A stretch of 51,712 nt of DNA from Chthoniobacteraceae bacterium (GTDB lineage Bacteria > Verrucomicrobiota > Verrucomicrobiia > Chthoniobacterales > Chthoniobacteraceae): the NCBI GenBank assembly GCA_031409335.1, contig JANNWY010000111.1, forward strand, positions 1-51,712, read 5' to 3'. The position numbers and the translations under genes were made by a program. The notes beneath the pieces are model-generated. The model saw only the letters and a program-made list of their open reading frames with translations, was not told the DNA's origin and did no database searches. Shown in pieces: positions 28,601-37,566 of this stretch. Position 1 is the stretch's first letter, and the number at the start of each line of letters is the position of its first letter.

Positions 28601-29282
28601 GGCGGTTTCCACGCGCTCGGTGGAGGTGCGGTTCAATCAACCGATGCTGCTGCCCGGCGGAGGCGTGATGTCGCCCGCGAACTACGCGCTCACCGGCAGC
28701 GGCATCGGCAGCATCGCCGGCCCGCCCGCGACCGTGAGCCTCGTCTCCACCGCGACCGGCCCGGTCTATCGCCTGACGTGGGTGACCGGCCACATGACTG
28801 GCGCCGCCGCGACGCTCGCCGTGGCGAACGCGCAAAACGCGCGCGGCATTTCCGCAGGCGGACAGCCCCGCACTTTCACCACACTGCCCGAGCCAGACAC
28901 GGACATCGACGGGATGCCGGACGAATGGGAACTCGCGAACGGCTTCAACCCGAACTCCGCCGCTGACGCCGCACTCGATGCCGATGGGGACGGGGTCAAC
29001 AACCGCGATGAATACCGTGCCGATACCGACCCGCGTGACCCAGCCTCGCGCTTCACCATTAGCCAGACGCAGCCGCAAGCACCGGATTTTTCCACGGTGC
29101 GCGTCTTCTGGCCCTCGCGCCCGACGCTGCTCTACACGGTCTATACCTCGCCCGACCTCGTGACGTGGACTGCCGTAAATCCCGGCTCCCCTGCCGTGGG
29201 CACCGGCGGCACGATGTCGCTCGATGTGACCGCGCCGGGACCGAAACGTTTTTACAAAATCACGGCAGTTCGACCTTACTAG
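25671..29282 (+). CDS. Large secreted right-handed parallel beta-helix protein with CBM-like modules and TSP3-like DxDxDG repeats
   Basis: YFISSSGGHDLNNGRSAATPWATF...LKRGDTW...PITLTAYGEG; DGVGFDIEG...NNVLHDNDG; DTDIDGMPDEWE and DADGDGVNNRDEY. Confidence 0.88.
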   Translation: MKTTLKHEAMRHLGVRTLALFFALLSPLAAQTLQLDPIGVGAAVTVTGSGGQPTSSVELFRNDVSLGSTATTAFGLFSFPSVATANGDVFYAAAGQVWNFDSSGQSEGWSGLAGDSTVVSGGRIALTNTTGTDISATLYGDGLIRTRVRALEVRARITASAPRNLSIILHSTGANGVAGGGDDGSSTLVNTATLAQTADWQTLVFDLGVDHNGAATAWVDGSAPLGIVFFIGGVAVGEMLEIESVRLTESLAWEFTSPGDFAEWKAQSPTTFAAPGGTMQLTAAAAGSVAMARPFRPIGSTHFVSLVTRLRQITATQPNQWTLGWFSNPAGYGTGTRTITGTLGNGTFQKFTVDLTTAPTTGNAWGAGGAATMNTPSAGYRALLASAAGESAEVDYVRIHPAVRYGPSVAVTAAGAAVPPAYFISSSGGHDLNNGRSAATPWATFANLDGFTLGAGSTVSLKRGDTWAASRLHILGKGTPGAPITLTAYGEGAMPLITGQNLTTAPCIQWENPSGVRIDSLHCRDAKIGIYLRYTGGNLDGTGAMFNNSNVHITACHFENMDERWSAADGTITVVPPYELSFGAGVWIGGNIPSPPGGPWASTSTPILDDFSVTFCGFKDVSMGVGANFYFPPVYKSRFTNFRLEDSWVTGCEAGSFALFYVDGGHARRVDTWRGGSVFYATGTTAGFLQDCKNFTVADCEFAGNKRNSTAHDGVGFDIEGDCDSITFTNNVLHDNDGSALLILNTVANNTALGMTANTVWNNARNPLNSGENNEFRHNPTGSTGTFSNIGVYRGANNAFGAVALYDSSARWTTDFAPSNIRSSTSWASVSSRPVAWDFVSSVEGWGSQNQWTSFAASGGSLTGTSSGVDPYVSGPSTWVNTRERRWVRVRMSQTAGSVGQIFFQTETDATFTAGKSIAFPIIADGAMREYAVPVGDAAEYRGVVTRWRLDPTDAAGSTMAVDFFGAQADPALVLVTAVSTRSVEVRFNQPMLLPGGGVMSPANYALTGSGIGSIAGPPATVSLVSTATGPVYRLTWVTGHMTGAAATLAVANAQNARGISAGGQPRTFTTLPEPDTDIDGMPDEWELANGFNPNSAADAALDADGDGVNNRDEYRADTDPRDPASRFTISQTQPQAPDFSTVRVFWPSRPTLLYTVYTSPDLVTWTAVNPGSPAVGTGGTMSLDVTAPGPKRFYKITAVRPY

Positions 29283-29294
29283 CTTGGAGAAAAA

Positions 29295-29406
29295 GACAGA
29301 AAAATTCGGGACAGGAAAATGGGACGGGATTTGCACACTTCTATACACAGGCCGGGGGCGCGGAAATGCCCGAGCCCCCATTTTTCTGCCTCCAATTTTT
29401 TCTGTC
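29295..29406. repeat. GACAGAAAAAT element copy 3, intergenic between convergent genes
   Basis: GACAGAAAAATTCGGGACAGGAAAATGGG (29295-29323) ... CCCATTTTTCTGCCTCCAATTTTTTCTGTC (29377-29406). Confidence 0.82.
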
Positions 29407-29429
29407 GTAAAATGAGCTGCGCACCCCGC

Positions 29430-30269
29430 CTAGCCCTCGCCCAGATGCTCGTCGAGCCCGGCGAAATCCTCCGCAACCTCACCCGCGCCGAGCGGCGGGA
29501 CGGCGATGATGGAGTGGGCGGCGAGTTGGGTTTGGTGGGCGCGGCGGTAGTGGAGCGGGGTGGTGCCGGTAAAGCGTTTGAAGCGTTTCACGAAGGCGCT
29601 GTGGTCGTAGAAGCCGGTGTCCTGCGCGATGCGGGCGATGCTGTGGGCGCTGTGTTTGATGGCGTCGAGTGCGTGAAACATTCGCACCTGTTCGACGAAG
29701 ACTTGGGCGGTCATTTTCATGCTCTGCCGGAAGACGCGCATGAAGTGGCTCTCGGAAAAGCCGCACCGTTTGGCGAGGGCGGCGATGGTGACTGGCTCGG
29801 CGTAGTGGCTGTAAACGTGTTCGAGCGCGGGGAGCAGGCGGTTGAGTTCGGAGTCGCCGCCCATGACTTCGCTGTAGGGACGGTTGATGGTGATGAGGCC
29901 GATGATTTTGCCGGCGCGGTTGTGGAGCGGGTATTTGCTGGAGAAGGTCCACTTGGGCGCATGGGCGAAGAAGCCGGTGGCATGCACTTCATTTACCAGC
30001 GGACGCCCATGCCGGAAGACGAGGAGGTCGTTCTGCCGGAAGCTCTCTGCGATGATTTTTGGGAAGAGGTCGAAGTCGGTTTTGCCAACGACTTCCTGTC
30101 CGGGCGGGAGGTTGATGGCGTCTCGCAGTGCTTGGCTCATGTAGAGGTAGCGGGAGTCGAGGTTCTTCACCATGAAGAGCGCGCCGGGGAGCTGCTCCAG
30201 TGCTTGCAGGAGTTGTGTGGTGTCGGCGAGTTCGGTGAAAAACTGGGTCTGGAGTCGTGGTGCGGCGAT
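29430..30269 (-). CDS. AraC-family regulator with N-terminal PAS domain; start possibly a non-canonical ATC at 30269 (first ATG at 30173)
   Basis: PAS: LEQLPGALFMVKNLDSRYLYMS...VVGKTDFDLFP. AraC HTH: LAKRCGFSESHFMRVFR...GFYDHSAFVKRFKRFTGTTP. Confidence 0.9.
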   Translation of the reverse strand: MAAPRLQTQFFTELADTTQLLQALEQLPGALFMVKNLDSRYLYMSQALRDAINLPPGQEVVGKTDFDLFPKIIAESFRQNDLLVFRHGRPLVNEVHATGFFAHAPKWTFSSKYPLHNRAGKIIGLITINRPYSEVMGGDSELNRLLPALEHVYSHYAEPVTIAALAKRCGFSESHFMRVFRQSMKMTAQVFVEQVRMFHALDAIKHSAHSIARIAQDTGFYDHSAFVKRFKRFTGTTPLHYRRAHQTQLAAHSIIAVPPLGAGEVAEDFAGLDEHLGEG

Positions 30270-30275
30270 GAGCGG

Positions 30276-30284
30276 ATATTACCA
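30276..30284 (-). promoter_or_regulatory. Extended -10 promoter (TGnTAATAT) for a probable leaderless araC transcript
   Basis: Minus strand reads TGG TAATAT CCGCTC ATC GCC... Confidence 0.5.
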
Positions 30285-30348
30285 TTATTTGCGGGTTCGG
30301 CCATAGCTTTGTCGGGCGCGGGTGAGTAGGGTCTGCTTGATGTTTGCA

Positions 30349-30449
30349 GACAGAAAAATTTGGGACAGAAAGATGAGGGCGGAGGTTTTAAGCTTCCGTC
30401 ATGGATGGGCGTTTCTGGTTCAGATTTTTCTGTCTCTCATTTTTCTGTC
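30349..30449. repeat. GACAGAAAAAT element copy 4 (contains PSD1 ATG and signal-peptide core)
   Basis: GACAGAAAAATTTGGGACAGAAAGATG (30349-30375) ... GATTTTTCTGTCTCTCATTTTTCTGTC (30423-30449); 22/27 complementary. Confidence 0.85.
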
Positions 30450-33400
30450 GTCCGCCTCTGCCGCCGACGCGCTGGTGTTGATGAATGGTTCGGGAAAAAT
30501 CGAGCGTTACGACATGGCGAGCGGGGCGCATGTGGGGACGCTGCTGAGCGGGCTGCCGCCGTCGAATGTGCTGCTCTTCGATGCGGAGGGGCGGCTGCTG
30601 ATTTCCACCGGGCTGCCGGGCGGCGTGGGGAATGTGCTGCGCTACGATATGCGCGGGAAGCTGGAGACGTGGCTCGATGTGCCGGAGGGTTATGGCGGGC
30701 GGTTGTTTCGCGCGACGGGGATGACGTGGCACGAGGGAGATTTGCTGGTGGCGAGTCAGGGCGATGGGAAGGTGAAGCGGTTCGATGGGAAGTCGGGCGA
30801 ATGGCTGGCGGACGTGGCGCTGGCGTCGCCGGGCGGGATGACGCAAATCGCGATACACGGCGGGCGGTTGTTCGTCACGGATTTCTCCGCGCAGATGGTG
30901 CGTCGTGCATCGGAGAAGCTGGATGGCACGATGAGCGAGGCGTGGGCGCAGCACGCAGCGCAGTCGCCGTGGGGGCTGGTCTTCGATACGGAAGGGCGGG
31001 CGTATTGGAGCACGTCGGCAAACCGCATTCATCGCTTTGATGGCAAGGTGAATGTCGAGTGGGCTGGTGCGGGCGGCGGGTTGAATATTCCCATCGGACT
31101 GGCGCTGGGGCCGGATGGAAATCTCTACGCGGCGAGTTTGCACGGGAAGGTCACGGTGTGGAAAACGGACGCGCCGAATGCGGGCGCACCGTTGCGGGTT
31201 TTCGGCGGTGCGGAGATGAAGGAGCCTATCAGCATCGTGTTCACGGATGCGCCGCGCGGGGCGGAATTTGTCCACGCGCCGCCGGTGGCGGCGGGCGCGG
31301 AATCCGCGGAGAAGGTGGCTTTTTTTGAGGCGAAAATCCGTCCGCTGTTCGTCGCAAAGTGCATCGAGTGTCATGGCGAGAAGAAGCAAAAGGGCGGGCT
31401 GCGGCTCGACTCGCGGGCGGCGTGGCAGGCGGGCGGTGACACGGGGAAGGCCATCGTGCCGGGCAAGGCGGAGGAGAGTTTGCTCATCAAGGCAGTGCGT
31501 TATACGGACAAGGATTTGCAGATGCCGCCAAAGCAGGCGCTCTCGCCGGATGACGTGGCCGTGCTCGTGGAGTGGGTGAACCAAGGCGCGGTGGACCCGC
31601 GCACTGACGCCACCATTTCCACCCAGCCCGCGACGGATGAATGGGCCGCGGAATTTCAAAAGCGGCTGGACTGGTGGAGCCTGAAGCCTTTGCAAAATAC
31701 CGAGCCGCCGGACGTGGCCGATGCCGCGTGGAGCCGCGAACCGGTGGACCGTTTTGTGAAAGCGGCGCTGGATGCTGCGGGCCTCGCGCCCGCGCCGCGA
31801 GCGGAGGCGGAGGTGTTGCGGAGGCGGCTGGCTTTTGTGCTCACGGGGTTACCGCCGGGGGAGGCGACGGATGAGCCTTATGAAGCCACCGTGGACCACC
31901 TGCTCGCCTCGCCGCATTTCGGTGAACGCATGGCCCGGCACTGGATGGACGCGGTGCGCTACACCGACACCTACGGCTACGAATGGGACGTGCCCGCGAA
32001 AGGTTCGCATGAATACCGCGACTACCTCATCCGCGCCTTCAATGGCGACGTGGGCTTCGACCAATTTCTCCGCGAACAACTCGCGGGCGACCTGCTCGCG
32101 CAGCCGCGTCTCGGCGAGAAAAAGCAAATCAACGAGAGCCTCATCGGCCCGATGTTTTACCACATGGGCGAGCATCGCCACGGCAGCAGCCTCGATGCGA
32201 ACGGCGTGCATCAGGAAATGGTGAACAACAAAATTGACGCCTTCTCCAAAGTCTTTCTCGCCACCACCGTCGCCTGCGCACGGTGCCACGACCACAAGCT
32301 GGAGGCCGTCTCGCAGCGCGATTACTACGCGCTCGGCGCGGTCTTCATCACGCCGCGCTGGACGAGCCGTTGCGTGGATGCGCCGGGGAAAAATGACGCC
32401 GCCATCGCCCGGCTCACCGCCCTCCGCGCCAGCATCCGCAGCGAACTCGCGGCCCGCTGGAAGTCCGCGCCCATCACGCCGGAAGGCTGGCGCGCGCCGC
32501 TGGAAGTGAAGGATGCGCCCGTCCCGAAAATCGAAGACATCGCCTATCCGCTGGCCCGCCTCACGAAAGCCGAGGGCGGCATCGAAGCGACATGGAATGC
32601 GCTCGCCAAAGAATGGGCCGACACCCGCGCCGCGCGTGTGAAAGCGAACGCTGCCTTCGCCGTGCTCGCCGATTTTTCGCAGCCGCAATTCCCCGCCGGC
32701 TGGAGCGTCGAGGGCGATGGACTCCTGCATGGCTGGGTGCCGGAAGCCACGCCGCTCATCGCGCTGGAGGGCGATGCGGTCGTCGCCCGGCTGCTGCCGC
32801 GCGGCTATCACACGCACGCGCTTTCCTCGCGGCTGCCCGGCGCTTTGCACATGCCGCCGCAGCATCTGGTCGCGGGCGCTTTCGCCAGTCTGCGGCTCGC
32901 GGGCGGCGAGTTCGGCGGGCATCTGACGATGGATGAAAACACGTTCCTCAATGAGCGCGTCACTTTCTACAACGAGGTGAAGCCCGCGTGGAAAACCTTT
33001 GGCGACACGCCGCTGAAAAGCGGCGTCACGCGCGTCACGCTCGATTTCGCCACCGCCGCGCTGAACCCGAATTTTCCACCGCGCCACGGCATCGCGCCCG
33101 GCCTTCCGGCCACGGACGCGGGCTTTGATAAACGAAGCTGGCTGAGTCTCACCGGCATCGTCACGCACGACGCGGGCGGCACGCCGCAGGACACGCTCGA
33201 CGCCTTCGCCGCGCTCTACGACGGCCCCGCGCCGAAGACCGTGGAGGAAGCGACCGCCCGCCTCGCCGCATGGCTCACCGGCGCCGTGCATCGCTGGTGC
33301 GATGACCAAACGCCGCCGGCCGACGGCCCCGTGCTCGACTGGCTCCTCGCGAATAAATTGCTACCCAACCAAGCCGACGCCGGCAGCCCGCTCGCGTCCC

Positions 33401-34458
33401 TCGTCGCGGAATATCGCCGCGTGGAAAGCGCCATCGCCTTTCCCCGCACCGTCAACAGCATGGACGAGCGCGACACCGCCAAGTGCGGTCTGCAACTCAA
33501 CGTGCGCGGCAACGTGGACGCTCCCGGCGAGCTGGTGATGCCCGACTTTTTGCAAATGTTCGCGGGCCGCAACGACGTCGCGAAAAGCGCCGGCAGCGGA
33601 CGCCTCGAACTCGCCGACGCGCTGCTGCGCCCCGAGCATCCGCTCACCTCGCGCGTTTATGTGAACCGCGTGTGGCAATGGATTTTCGGCGCGGGCCTCG
33701 TCGCTACGCCGGATGACTTTGGCCGCCTTGGCGACAAGCCTTCGCACCCCGAATTACTCGACTGGCTGGCGCGCGAATTTCAGCGCGACGGCTGGTCCAC
33801 CAAGCGGCTCATCCGCCGCCTCGTCCTCAGCGAAACCTTCCGCCAGTCCGGCCTCGTCACCGCCGCCGCCCGCGAGCGCGACCCGGCCAACCGTCTGCGC
33901 CATCACTACCCCACGCGCCGCCTCGAAGCCGAAGCCATCCGCGACACCCTGCTCGCCGTCTCCGGTCGTCTCGACCCCGAGCTCTACGGACGCCCCATCA
34001 ATCCACCGCGCACCGCCGAGGACGCAAACAAACGCCTCTTCTCCGGCCCGCTCGACGGCGACGGACGCCGCTCGCTCTACTTGAAAATGAGCATCATGGC
34101 CCCGCCGAAATTTCTCACCGCCTTCGACCTCCCCGACCTGAAACTCCCCAGCGGCAAACGCAACCTCACCCGCGTCCCCGCGCAATCACTGCTCATGCTC
34201 AACGACCCGCTCGTGAGCACGCTCGCCAAACATTGGGCCGTGCAGCTTTTGCAAACACCACACGCCACGCCGGAGGAACGCCTCACCGCCATGTTTCACC
34301 GCGCCTACAGCCGCGCCCCGCAGCCGCCGGAGCTGGCGCAATGGACAGCCGCCCTGCGCGACTTCGCCACCACCGCCGACCTCATGCACGACGAAGCCGC
34401 ATGGACCCAGCTCGCGCACGCGATGTTCAACACGCAGGAATTCATCCACTACCGCTGA
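30373..34458 (+). CDS. PSD1 / planctomycete cytochrome C protein (DUF1549 + DUF1553) with an N-terminal NHL/SMP-30-like beta-propeller
   Basis: Propeller repeats (PWGLVFDTEG, PIGLALGPDGNLY); CIECHG; FGERMARHWMD; CARCHDHK; HPELLDWLA; RRLEAEAIRD. Confidence 0.92.
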   Translation: MRAEVLSFRHGWAFLVQIFLSLIFLSSASAADALVLMNGSGKIERYDMASGAHVGTLLSGLPPSNVLLFDAEGRLLISTGLPGGVGNVLRYDMRGKLETWLDVPEGYGGRLFRATGMTWHEGDLLVASQGDGKVKRFDGKSGEWLADVALASPGGMTQIAIHGGRLFVTDFSAQMVRRASEKLDGTMSEAWAQHAAQSPWGLVFDTEGRAYWSTSANRIHRFDGKVNVEWAGAGGGLNIPIGLALGPDGNLYAASLHGKVTVWKTDAPNAGAPLRVFGGAEMKEPISIVFTDAPRGAEFVHAPPVAAGAESAEKVAFFEAKIRPLFVAKCIECHGEKKQKGGLRLDSRAAWQAGGDTGKAIVPGKAEESLLIKAVRYTDKDLQMPPKQALSPDDVAVLVEWVNQGAVDPRTDATISTQPATDEWAAEFQKRLDWWSLKPLQNTEPPDVADAAWSREPVDRFVKAALDAAGLAPAPRAEAEVLRRRLAFVLTGLPPGEATDEPYEATVDHLLASPHFGERMARHWMDAVRYTDTYGYEWDVPAKGSHEYRDYLIRAFNGDVGFDQFLREQLAGDLLAQPRLGEKKQINESLIGPMFYHMGEHRHGSSLDANGVHQEMVNNKIDAFSKVFLATTVACARCHDHKLEAVSQRDYYALGAVFITPRWTSRCVDAPGKNDAAIARLTALRASIRSELAARWKSAPITPEGWRAPLEVKDAPVPKIEDIAYPLARLTKAEGGIEATWNALAKEWADTRAARVKANAAFAVLADFSQPQFPAGWSVEGDGLLHGWVPEATPLIALEGDAVVARLLPRGYHTHALSSRLPGALHMPPQHLVAGAFASLRLAGGEFGGHLTMDENTFLNERVTFYNEVKPAWKTFGDTPLKSGVTRVTLDFATAALNPNFPPRHGIAPGLPATDAGFDKRSWLSLTGIVTHDAGGTPQDTLDAFAALYDGPAPKTVEEATARLAAWLTGAVHRWCDDQTPPADGPVLDWLLANKLLPNQADAGSPLASLVAEYRRVESAIAFPRTVNSMDERDTAKCGLQLNVRGNVDAPGELVMPDFLQMFAGRNDVAKSAGSGRLELADALLRPEHPLTSRVYVNRVWQWIFGAGLVATPDDFGRLGDKPSHPELLDWLAREFQRDGWSTKRLIRRLVLSETFRQSGLVTAAARERDPANRLRHHYPTRRLEAEAIRDTLLAVSGRLDPELYGRPINPPRTAEDANKRLFSGPLDGDGRRSLYLKMSIMAPPKFLTAFDLPDLKLPSGKRNLTRVPAQSLLMLNDPLVSTLAKHWAVQLLQTPHATPEERLTAMFHRAYSRAPQPPELAQWTAALRDFATTADLMHDEAAWTQLAHAMFNTQEFIHYR

Positions 34459-34461
34459 CCT

Positions 34462-35892
34462 ATGAAACACACCAACTGCCCCGGCTCCATCCCTCCTGCG
34501 CTCACACGGCGCGGCTTTCTCCAGCAGGCTTCGGCGGGCTTTGGCTGGCTCGCGATGAACGGGCTTTTTTCCAAAGAAGCGCAGGCGGCGGCCCACTTCG
34601 CGGCGCGGGCGAAGAATGTGATTTTCTGCTTCATGGATGGCGGACCGAGTCATGTGGATACGTTCGATTTCAAGCCGATGCTCAAGAAGCATCAGGGGCA
34701 GCCCATCGGCACGAGCTGGACCTCGAAGAGGTCGGACTCCACGGCGGGGCGCGTGTGGTTTGGCAGTCCGTGGGAGTTCCAGCAGCGCGGCGAAAGCGGG
34801 CTGTGGGTGAGCGATTTGTTTCCGCATCTCGCGGGCGTGGCGGACCATCTGTGCGTGGTGCGCTCGATGGTCGGCGAGCTTCCGCTGCACGGGCAGTCGA
34901 ATCTTTTGCTCCACACTGGACGCATCGGCGGACAGGCCCCGAGCCTCGGCGCGTGGGTGTCGTATGGACTCGGCACGGAGAATAAAAACCTGCCGGGCTA
35001 TGTGCTGCTGAACAACGATTGGGTGCCGAACGGCGGGCTGGAAAACTTTGGCAGTTCGTTCCTGCCCGCGAGTCATCAGGCCACCACGATGCGGGCGCGC
35101 GGCACGCCGGTGGACAACATCGCGCCGGTGGATTCCGCCACGATGCAGCGTCGGAAGCTGGCGCTGCTGGCCGGGCAGGACGCGGCGTTTGCGGCGCAGA
35201 GTTCCGAGGCGGCGGACATTGAGGCGGCCATCGCGAACTACGAGACGGCTTTCCTCATGCAGAGCACGGTGCCGGACATCGCGGACATTTCGCACGAGCC
35301 GGAGCACATCCGCAAATTCTACGGACTCGACTCCACCGACGAACACCAGCGCCTCTACGCCACGCAGGCGCTCCGGGCGCGGCGGCTCGTGGAGGCTGGC
35401 GTGCGCTTTGTGGAAATCACCTGCCCGAGTTTCGACGGCAACAACTCGCCGTGGGACCAGCACGGCCAGCTCAAGGCGTTGCACGAAAAGAACGCCCGCA
35501 TCACCGAGCAATCCGTCGCCGCGCTCATCACCGACCTGCACCAGCGTGGACTGCTCGAAGACACCATCGTGCTCTGGGCCGGCGAAATGGGCCGCACCCC
35601 GCACACGCCCGCCATCACCGCCGCCGCAGGCCGCGACCACCATGTGAGCGGCTACACGATTTTCATGGCGGGCGGCGGATTCAAAGGCGGCACGGCGTAT
35701 GGCGAGACGGACGAATTCGGCGCGAACGCCGTGGTGAATCCCGTGAGCGTCCACGACATCCACGCCACGATTTTGCACCAGCTCGGCCTCGACCACACGC
35801 GCCTCACCTTCCGCCACGGAGGCCGCGACCAGCGGCTCACGGATGTGCATGGGCACGTCATCCGCGAGGTGCTGGACGACAGAAAAATTTAA
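34462..35892 (+). CDS. DUF1501 domain protein (Tat-exported)
   Basis: TRRGFL; AKNVIFCFMDGGPSHVDTFDFKP; WAGEMGRTP; GRDHH; VHDIHATIL. Confidence 0.95.
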   Translation: MKHTNCPGSIPPALTRRGFLQQASAGFGWLAMNGLFSKEAQAAAHFAARAKNVIFCFMDGGPSHVDTFDFKPMLKKHQGQPIGTSWTSKRSDSTAGRVWFGSPWEFQQRGESGLWVSDLFPHLAGVADHLCVVRSMVGELPLHGQSNLLLHTGRIGGQAPSLGAWVSYGLGTENKNLPGYVLLNNDWVPNGGLENFGSSFLPASHQATTMRARGTPVDNIAPVDSATMQRRKLALLAGQDAAFAAQSSEAADIEAAIANYETAFLMQSTVPDIADISHEPEHIRKFYGLDSTDEHQRLYATQALRARRLVEAGVRFVEITCPSFDGNNSPWDQHGQLKALHEKNARITEQSVAALITDLHQRGLLEDTIVLWAGEMGRTPHTPAITAAAGRDHHVSGYTIFMAGGGFKGGTAYGETDEFGANAVVNPVSVHDIHATILHQLGLDHTRLTFRHGGRDQRLTDVHGHVIREVLDDRKI

Positions 35893-35994
35893 GACAGAAA
35901 AATGAAGACAAAGATGACTCAATTCACTGGTGGAGAGCGCCGACGCCGTAGCTCCACCTGCTCCATTTTTCTGTCCTCAATTTTTCTGTCGTCC
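35874..35994. repeat. GACAGAAAAAT element copy 5 (contains DUF1501 stop, next ATG and signal-peptide core)
   Basis: GGACGACAGAAAAATTTAAGACAGAAAAATG (35874-35904) ... CATTTTTCTGTCCTCAATTTTTCTGTCGTCC (35964-35994); 29/31 complementary. Confidence 0.9.
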
Positions 35995-37566
35995 GCGTGG
36001 GTCTCAGCGGCGGAGTTCACCATCTCCGTCACCGATGCCGCGACGCAGGGGCCGGTGGCGGCCCGTGTTTATGTGGAAAATGCGGAGACGGGCAGCCGTC
36101 ATTTTGTGCGGGCGCACAGCACGTTGGCCGGGGTGGTTTACGAAAAGAAAAACTGGGCGAATGAGAAGTCCATCGAGCATCACACCAGCGTGCCAGCGGC
36201 TCCGTTTGTGGCGGAGAATTTGCCGGCGGGGACTTACACGCTGACTGTCGAGCGGGGGAAAGAATACTTCCCCGAGACGCGGAGCATCGTGCTGGCGGAG
36301 GGTGAAAAGCGGGCGGTGGAAACGGTGGCGCTGCGGCGGTGGGTGAACATGGCGGAACGTGGTTGGTTTTCCGGCGAGACGCATTTGCACCGCCCGCTCA
36401 ATGAACTGCCGGTGGTGATGCAGGCGGAGGATTTGAACGTCGCGATGCCGCTGACTTATTGGGTGACGAAAGCCTTCACGCCGCCCGCGCAGGGGAACAA
36501 AAATCAGAGCGGCGAAATTCCCGACCGGCTCATGGAAGTGGACGCCACGCACGTCATCTGGCCGCGCAATACGGAATACGAAATCTTCACCGTCGGTGAG
36601 CACAAGCACACGCTCGGCGCGCTCTTCGTCCTCAATCATCGCAGCGTCTTCGACAAAGGCGTGCCCGACTGGAAACCCGTCGCCGAGCAGGCGCGGGCCG
36701 AGGGCGCGGTCATGGACATGGACAAACTGGACTGGCCCTTCGGCATGACGCTGCCGCTCACGTCGGGCGCGACGCTTTACGAACTGGCGAATAATCACAT
36801 GTGGCGTTGCGAGTTTGGCCTCACGAAATGGGTCACGCCCGCGCCCGCCTTTCTCCAGCCTCCGAATGGCGGCACGGGCGGCGACGAGCGCGACTGGCTG
36901 GCCTACACGCTCGGCCAATACTACACGCTGCTCGACGCGGGATTTCGACTCGTGCCGACGGCGGGCACGGCGAGTGGCGTGCATCCGGTGCCCGCGGGAT
37001 TCAGCCGCGTGTATGTGAAAATGGACGGTGCGTTCAGCTACGAAAAATGGCTCGCAGGGCTAAAAGAAGGCCGCAGTTTCGTCACCACTGGCCCGATGAT
37101 TTTTGCCGAGATCAACGGACAGCAGGCTGGCGCGACGCTCGCGGGCGGCAGCGTGAAAATTTCCGCCAAAATCCTCAGCGAACATCCGCTCGCGAACATC
37201 GAAGTCGTCTCCAATGGCCGCGTCGTCGCCACGCTGAAGCCGCAAAACAAACCCACACCCGAAGGCGTTCGGCAAAGCGAAGTCGCCGCCGAAATCCCCG
37301 CCGCGACGAGCGGATGGCTGTGCCTCCGCTGCACCGAAGACCGGCCCGATCGGCGGTTGCGCTTCGCCCACACCGCGCCGTGGTGGAATGAGGTTCCGGG
37401 TAAACCACTGCGGCCCTCGCAGCAGGAAAAGGATTACCTCATCGCCCGCGTGAAGGCCGAAATCGCCCGCAGCACCGGCATCGTCCCCGCATCGGCGCTG
37501 GCGGAATACGAGGCGGCGCTGAAACACTTCGAGACGATGCCGACGGAGGAACGACAAAAAGATTGA
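35902..37566 (+). CDS. CehA/McbA-family (PHP-like) metallohydrolase, secreted
   Basis: YTLTVERGKEY; GWFSGETHLHR; AEDLNV; GFSRVYV; GRSFVTTGPM. Confidence 0.85.
   Translation: MKTKMTQFTGGERRRRSSTCSIFLSSIFLSSAWVSAAEFTISVTDAATQGPVAARVYVENAETGSRHFVRAHSTLAGVVYEKKNWANEKSIEHHTSVPAAPFVAENLPAGTYTLTVERGKEYFPETRSIVLAEGEKRAVETVALRRWVNMAERGWFSGETHLHRPLNELPVVMQAEDLNVAMPLTYWVTKAFTPPAQGNKNQSGEIPDRLMEVDATHVIWPRNTEYEIFTVGEHKHTLGALFVLNHRSVFDKGVPDWKPVAEQARAEGAVMDMDKLDWPFGMTLPLTSGATLYELANNHMWRCEFGLTKWVTPAPAFLQPPNGGTGGDERDWLAYTLGQYYTLLDAGFRLVPTAGTASGVHPVPAGFSRVYVKMDGAFSYEKWLAGLKEGRSFVTTGPMIFAEINGQQAGATLAGGSVKISAKILSEHPLANIEVVSNGRVVATLKPQNKPTPEGVRQSEVAAEIPAATSGWLCLRCTEDRPDRRLRFAHTAPWWNEVPGKPLRPSQQEKDYLIARVKAEIARSTGIVPASALAEYEAALKHFETMPTEERQKD

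Noticed and set aside
29319..30329. 336-aa + strand ORF starting in repeat copy 3
   Set aside because: Codon-aligned antisense of the well-supported araC gene; no motifs.
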